DNA of 64,000 nt from a virus: IMG/VR virus record IMGVR_UViG_3300033984_000205, positions 30,106 to 94,105 of that record. One strand, given 5' to 3'. Below are positions 59,102 to 64,000 of this stretch, in pieces. The notes below the pieces were generated by a model. It was not told where the DNA came from. It saw nothing but the letters and a program-made list of their open reading frames with translations, and ran no database searches. How positions within the stretch are numbered: the first letter of the stretch is position 1; each line of letters starts with the position of its first letter. Both the position numbers and the translations under genes were made by a program.

Positions 59102-59362
59102 ATGAAGAAGTTTTTTAGTTGGCTACAAGCCACAAAGAAGTCCTATTTGGATATTGAACCTGAAGTTCAAGCTGAATATGTGTCTAAAGTTGTTTATTTG
59201 TTAAGAAGAGATTTTAAATCTGATGAACAAAATGAAATCTTATTAGCTATTGCTTATAAGTTGTCTGATTTAAGAGTAAAAGACTTAGATCAAATGGCAA
59301 AAGATTATGCTAGACTACAAGAGAATACAGAAACTCTTAGATGTAGATTAGCATTAAGTTAA
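59102..59362 (+). CDS. Hypothetical coiled-coil protein
   Basis: 86 aa with an A-rich leader. Confidence 0.65.
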   Translation: MKKFFSWLQATKKSYLDIEPEVQAEYVSKVVYLLRRDFKSDEQNEILLAIAYKLSDLRVKDLDQMAKDYARLQENTETLRCRLALS

Positions 59363-59728
59363 ATTTAGGTTGGATTAAATTTAACGATAAGAGTATAAGG
59401 GAATAAATCTTCTATGGAAGTGTCCCTTTACCTCTTATTTATCCAACAAACTCTTAAAGTCTTAATCAGGATAGGAGAAGCTTCAGGAATCCTCCAAAAT
59501 TATATGTTAGTCACATTCCCACATTCCTGGTCACTGAAATAAGTTTATTCGCCTATTCTTAAAGTAGTGTATAAACAAGGTTAAGACTTTATCTTTTACT
59601 CTTATTAGTTATTAGAGTTGATACTATACTCAGCAGTAAACAAAGTATCTTAGTAAGAGTTTTTATTCTTTAGAGGCATATGGTGTAGTGGATTAAGTTT
59701 CCAAGCATACTAAAGAATTTTATTAATT

Positions 59729-60144
59729 GGGCCTGTCATGGTATTGATTAGGTATGTTATTTATTAGAAATCAGCACAGAGAGATAACTGTATAAAACTA
59801 AGGTGAATCATTTTAAATGGAAACACACAAGAGAATACCCAAGTACAAGCTAATATGGAGAAAGTATTTTCTCTTATCTCTTCAGTAGAAGTAGAACTAG
59901 CTGTGGCAGCTTAGCCAAAGAATAAGCAGATTAATACTCCCTTTTTCTATAGTATAGGGTAAAAGACTATAGTGGTGGATGTCTTCTGTTTACAGTTGAC
60001 CCTATTTCTTGCTGGTTAAGCAGAATTAAAAGATAAACATAACCAACTTGTTTGATAAGTGCAAGTATAAAATTGTATCAAAAAGCTGTATAAATTTCTA
60101 GTATTGAAGTATTTAAGACCTGGGTTCGATTCCCAGCAGGTCCA
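59729..60144 (+). ncRNA. ssrA: tmRNA (transfer-messenger RNA)
   Basis: 5' GGGCCTG pairs with 3' CAGGTCC-A, including the G3.U alanine identity pair. The T-arm is CTGGG-TTCGATT-CCCAG. The internal frame after TTAAAT (59819-59914) encodes GNTQENTQVQANMEKVFSLISSVEVELAVAA*. CCA is not encoded (ACTA). Confidence 0.92.
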
Positions 60145-60388
60145 CTACAAACATTGTCAGCAAGGCTCTCATCCTGTTGTATTCAAACAATATGTGCTTT
60201 TAAAGCTCTGAATATTGTAGTAATCCAGTAATAGACAAGTGCAGTACAGAGGTTTGGGTCAGAGTAATAGAAAGTGTTGGCTTCGCCTGATCTTTAAGAA
60301 AACCTCTCTGACTTTTAATTAACTAAAGGTAAATTTAAACAAAAATCAAATCATTAATCTGAGTATGGAATAGGTTATTACCTTTACT

Positions 60389-61063
60389 ATGAAGTATTTA
60401 GAAAAATTAAATCACATTACCATGAACAATGTTTCAAACACACAAGAACAAGGAGTAAGAAAACAAATGTCTAAAAGCCCTTTAGAGGTTACAAGAGTAC
60501 ATGCAACTGCTTACCAAAAAGAGGGAACTCTAACTGCAGAAATTAAACAGACTGTGACTACAAAGTCATTTTACCCATCAAAGTCTGTAAGTAACAACTT
60601 AAAAGATAATCCATTCAGTACATCTGAGTTTGGTTTTTCTGAAAGTGAATACACTTCTGAAGAAAGAAGAGTTGCTTGGGTTGAAGCACCTATTGGTTCT
60701 ACTGTAGAATCTATGGTAGCTAGACTTGCTACTCTTCCTGAAGCTACTATTTACAAGATTTTAGCTAATCACCCTATCTTATCTGATAGTCAAGAGTATG
60801 CTATTGAAGCAGGATTGACTTCTAAAGAATCTATTGCTGATAAGCAAGCAGTAAGATATGGAGAAGGACATCCTCAAGCAGGACAACTGATTTTAGACAA
60901 AGCTGGTAAACCTCAGTACAAACAAACTTTCTTTAAAAGAGAGGCTAAAGAAGATGAAGATTTGAGAACTGCAGATCCTGTAGATTTCTATTCTACTTCT
61001 GAAATGAGAGTTGAATTAGCTGGGGTATTAATCCCAACTTCTGTAGCACAAGATGTGCTATAA
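60389..61063 (+). CDS. Conserved replication-module protein (possible ssDNA-binding/annealing protein)
   Basis: 224 aa, probably starting at MNNVSN. It is the first gene of the replication block and is followed by a terminator. The function is inferred from position only. Confidence 0.4.
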   Translation: MKYLEKLNHITMNNVSNTQEQGVRKQMSKSPLEVTRVHATAYQKEGTLTAEIKQTVTTKSFYPSKSVSNNLKDNPFSTSEFGFSESEYTSEERRVAWVEAPIGSTVESMVARLATLPEATIYKILANHPILSDSQEYAIEAGLTSKESIADKQAVRYGEGHPQAGQLILDKAGKPQYKQTFFKREAKEDEDLRTADPVDFYSTSEMRVELAGVLIPTSVAQDVL

Positions 61064-61076
61064 TTATTAACCAAAT

Positions 61077-61115
61077 AGAGAGAGTAAGGATATTTCCTTA
61101 CTTTCTCTTTTTTTT
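61077..61115 (+). terminator. Intrinsic terminator
   Basis: AGAGAGAGTAAGGA-TATT-TCCTTACTTTCTCT plus a T-run. Confidence 0.75.
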
Positions 61116-61127
61116 ATCCAAACATAA

Positions 61128-62396
61128 ATGAGTAGTTTAACAAAGCATCAACAAGAAAAGTTTAGAGAGATACTAAATTTTATTAAGCAAGGAGAAACTG
61201 TAATTCTCTTAAAAGGTTCAGCAGGGGTAGGCAAAACGTGGTTAGTGCACACTTTAATAAAAGAGTTGACTTATACAATAAAACCTTTTAAAATTATGTG
61301 TTCAGCTCCAACACACAAAGCTTTAGCTGTTATTAATAGTAAAGTAAAAATAAAATTAGTAAAGTTTAGTACAGTACACAGTGCTTTACAATATAGAAGC
61401 AGTATCAATAAAGAAACAGGTAAAAGAGTATTTAGTTCTCATCCTAATGATAAGTGGCCTCCACTTAAAGATATTAAATATTGGATAATTGATGAAGCTT
61501 CTATGATAGATACTGATATGCTTAAAACTATTCTATTTCATGCTAAATTACAAGAAACAACAGTAATATTTGTAGGAGATGATAAGCAATTAAATCCTGT
61601 AGATGAAGAAGACAGCCCTGTCTTTAATCAAAAGTATCCTGAAGTAGAACTTACTGAGATTATTAGGCAAGGAGAAGGCAATCCTATCATTACTCTTAGT
61701 AGAGATATACCTAAAATTTGGGAAAGAAAATCTAATTTGTTAGGTGGACCTGAAGGACAAGATGTAGGTTATCTTCATACTCAAAATCTAGCTAGAATTA
61801 TTGAAGAGTTAGCTAAAGTTAATGGTACTGATGAGTTTAAATATCTTGCTTGGACTAACAAAGAAGTAGATAAAATCAATAAGCTAGTAAGGCACAGAAT
61901 ATATGGAGACAATCCTGATAAAATAGAATTAGGAGAAACAATTATATTCAATGCACCTTACAAGAATTACACTACTAATGAAACTGTAGAAGTTCTAGAA
62001 TTAGAAAAAACAACTATTAATCAGCAAATAGTATTGAAAGATCAAGGTACAAAACAAAGTATATCTGTTGAATTTAATATTTATATTATTAATAAAGATA
62101 TTAAAGTCTTGAATGATAGTTCTTTAGCAATATTTAAAAAGTATAGTACACTTACAAATAAAAATTGTAAAGACAAAATGCTTTCTTATGTAGAAAGAAA
62201 TTATTTTTTAAGTATTTTTGCTGACTTCAACTATAATCATGCACTTACAATTCATAAGAGCCAAGGTAGTACCTACAAGACTACTGTCCTTAATGTTAGG
62301 GATATAAATTTCAATCAAAAAGAAAAAGAAAAACAAAGGTTATTCTATACAGGAGTAACCAGAGCAAGTGATTTATTAATTTTATACAATGTTTAG
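61128..62396 (+). CDS. SF1B (Dda/RecD-like) helicase
   Basis: GSAGVGKT, APTHKA, IIDEASM, VGDDKQL.PV, LTEIIRQ, ALTIHKSQGST and YTGVTRA. Confidence 0.92.
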   Translation: MSSLTKHQQEKFREILNFIKQGETVILLKGSAGVGKTWLVHTLIKELTYTIKPFKIMCSAPTHKALAVINSKVKIKLVKFSTVHSALQYRSSINKETGKRVFSSHPNDKWPPLKDIKYWIIDEASMIDTDMLKTILFHAKLQETTVIFVGDDKQLNPVDEEDSPVFNQKYPEVELTEIIRQGEGNPIITLSRDIPKIWERKSNLLGGPEGQDVGYLHTQNLARIIEELAKVNGTDEFKYLAWTNKEVDKINKLVRHRIYGDNPDKIELGETIIFNAPYKNYTTNETVEVLELEKTTINQQIVLKDQGTKQSISVEFNIYIINKDIKVLNDSSLAIFKKYSTLTNKNCKDKMLSYVERNYFLSIFADFNYNHALTIHKSQGSTYKTTVLNVRDINFNQKEKEKQRLFYTGVTRASDLLILYNV

Positions 62397-62398
62397 CT

Positions 62399-62698
62399 AT
62401 GACTAACAGAAAACAGTTAACCCCATTTACTGGGTATTTTGAAAAAATGACCACACCTGAAACAATTGTGGCAGAGGGTAAAACCCCTAAAAAAAGAGCT
62501 TTAGTTACTATTGTAACAGATGATGGACAAAAAGCTTTCTTTGAAGTAAGAGATATAATAATTGCAAGGATTGAAAAGCTAGGTTTAAGACCTGGAGATC
62601 AGATTGAAATTGGTTTTGTATTTATAGGTTCTGAAAAGAATAACAAAGTCTATAATAATATCTTTATCAATCAAATAGATTATGTCAAATCTTACTGA
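62399..62698 (+). CDS. OB-fold protein (DUF3127-like, putative SSB)
   Basis: Beta-rich, 99 aa, with LRPGDQIEIGF...GSE.N.KVYNNI. Confidence 0.6.
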   Translation: MTNRKQLTPFTGYFEKMTTPETIVAEGKTPKKRALVTIVTDDGQKAFFEVRDIIIARIEKLGLRPGDQIEIGFVFIGSEKNNKVYNNIFINQIDYVKSY

Positions 62699-63089
62699 AG
62701 AAGAGTTGAAGTATAAGATTGATGATTCAAATCTTCAATTTGTGGTATTGCTACAATTAATCATAGAAAGAATAGAGTTTCTTGAAACTCAAAAATATGT
62801 CTATGGTTCAATAAAGCAGTTTCTTAAGAATTCTAAAGTTAAATATGAAAAGTTTATAGGAGATGTGTTTGCTAATCAAGAAAAAATTAATGGAGATTCA
62901 GCACAAAGAGCTACTAATAAACTATTTGTTATGCAAGAAAGAGTTGAAAAAGCTCTTGCTAATGAATATGTATTAACTGTAGATGAAAGAAGAGAAAGAA
63001 CTAAAGCTATACTTAGCACTTACATGATTAAACCTTTAGTTGAAAAGGCTTTAACAGAAATGGAATCCAAGAACCTTTTTAATTTTTAA
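62682..63089 (+). CDS. Hypothetical helical protein
   Basis: 135 aa within the replication operon. Confidence 0.6.
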   Translation: MSNLTEEELKYKIDDSNLQFVVLLQLIIERIEFLETQKYVYGSIKQFLKNSKVKYEKFIGDVFANQEKINGDSAQRATNKLFVMQERVEKALANEYVLTVDERRERTKAILSTYMIKPLVEKALTEMESKNLFNF

Positions 63090-63091
63090 TT

Positions 63092-64000
63092 ATGAGATAC
63101 ACAATCTTTGATATAGAAACAGATGGCTTATTAGATACTCTTACTACTTTTCATTGTCTTGTAGCACATACTTATGAAGGTAATCAACTGTTAGGCGAAA
63201 CTGTTGTGACTAATACTTGGGAGCTAGTAAACTTTCTTACTACACAAGATATACTTGTAGGTCATAACATAGTGAGATATGATTTTCCTGCTATTAAAAA
63301 GCTAACAGGATATACTCATACAGGGCCTGTAATTGATACTTTGGCTCTTTCTTGGTACTTATATCCAGAAAGGAAAGAACATGGCTTAGAGTCATGGGGT
63401 GAGACTGTTGGCATAGCTAAACCTGTTATCATAGATTGGGAAAACCAAGCACCAGAAGATTATATACATAGATGTACTACAGATGTGGTAATCAATTCTA
63501 TAATCTTTGGTAATTTCATAGCTTATCTTAAAGATATTTATGCAGATGAAGATTATCATAGACTTATGGCATATCTAACTTGGAAACTAAAGTGTGCTGC
63601 AGAACAAGAAGAGTATCCTTTGAGTATTAATAGAGAATATTGTAAAGAAACTTTGGCTAAACTTAATACTCTTGTAGAAGAAAGAAAAGCTAATTTATCA
63701 GCAGCAATGCCTAAAGTAGAAAAGTGGACTTCAAAGAGTCAACCCTCTAAGATGTTTACAGTAAAAGGAGAATTGACTAAAGCAGGGATTGCTTGGTTAG
63801 AACTCTTATCTGACAATGATTTAGAAGCAGACTTTGATGGAGAGATTAAAGTTCTCAAATCTGAAGAAGAACCTAATGCTACCTCAACAAGTCAATTAAA
63901 ATCTTGGCTTTTCAGTTTGGGATGGACACCAACAGTATTTAACTATGTAAAAGAAGAAGAGTCTACAAGAGCTGTACCTCAGATTCAAGATAAAGATAAA
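63092..64000 (+). CDS. Family A (T7-like) DNA polymerase, N-terminal 3'-5' exonuclease part, partial
   Basis: MRYTIFDIETDGLL (Exo I), VGHNIVRYD (Exo II), DTLALS, HGLESWG and RCTTDV (Exo III). It runs off the window end and is absent from the ORF track. Confidence 0.88.
   Translation, partial: MRYTIFDIETDGLLDTLTTFHCLVAHTYEGNQLLGETVVTNTWELVNFLTTQDILVGHNIVRYDFPAIKKLTGYTHTGPVIDTLALSWYLYPERKEHGLESWGETVGIAKPVIIDWENQAPEDYIHRCTTDVVINSIIFGNFIAYLKDIYADEDYHRLMAYLTWKLKCAAEQEEYPLSINREYCKETLAKLNTLVEERKANLSAAMPKVEKWTSKSQPSKMFTVKGELTKAGIAWLELLSDNDLEADFDGEIKVLKSEEEPNATSTSQLKSWLFSLGWTPTVFNYVKEEESTRAVPQIQDKDK

Noticed and set aside
59673-59710. tRNA-like start GGCATATGGTGTAGTGG just before the tmRNA
   Set aside because: No anticodon arm, T-arm or complementary acceptor strand follows. 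It is at most a remnant.
1-64000. Stop-codon reassignment (TAG/TGA) as in some crAss-like phages
   Set aside because: Long genes are intact in the standard code, TAG (55928, 56423) and TGA serve as real stops, and no suppressor tRNA is seen.

Overview
The window is 64 kb of an AT-rich, CpG-poor crAss-like (Crassvirales-type) phage genome. The host is probably a Bacteroidota bacterium, because TAnnTTTG promoters, Bacteroidota-type lipoproteins and non-SD leaders are present. The minus strand (about 55170 to 1) carries the late/virion arm. It runs from small regulators and a GH108 endolysin through TerL, portal, scaffold, major capsid and ring/adaptor proteins. It continues with Ser/Thr-rich modular virion proteins next to a glycosyltransferase-like gene and a methyltransferase, then tail fibres/adhesins, holin, a PD-(D/E)XK nuclease, a ribosomal bL12-like protein, a 1953-aa tail stabilisation protein and ejection proteins. 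It ends in a >2818-codon virion RNA polymerase polyprotein that runs off the window and is missing from the ORF track. After a strand switch at about 55.2-55.6 kb, the plus strand carries the early arm. This has a repeated CAAAACCCTCACT motif, duplicated 91-aa genes, small membrane proteins and lipoproteins, a decayed HNH gene, a tmRNA with a 31-codon tag among other structured hairpins, an SF1 helicase and the start of a family A DNA polymerase. The leading candidate novelties are a putative phage-encoded virion O-glycosylation module, the tmRNA/ncRNA island and a candidate virion-RNAP promoter. All family assignments come from motif recognition, not database searches.
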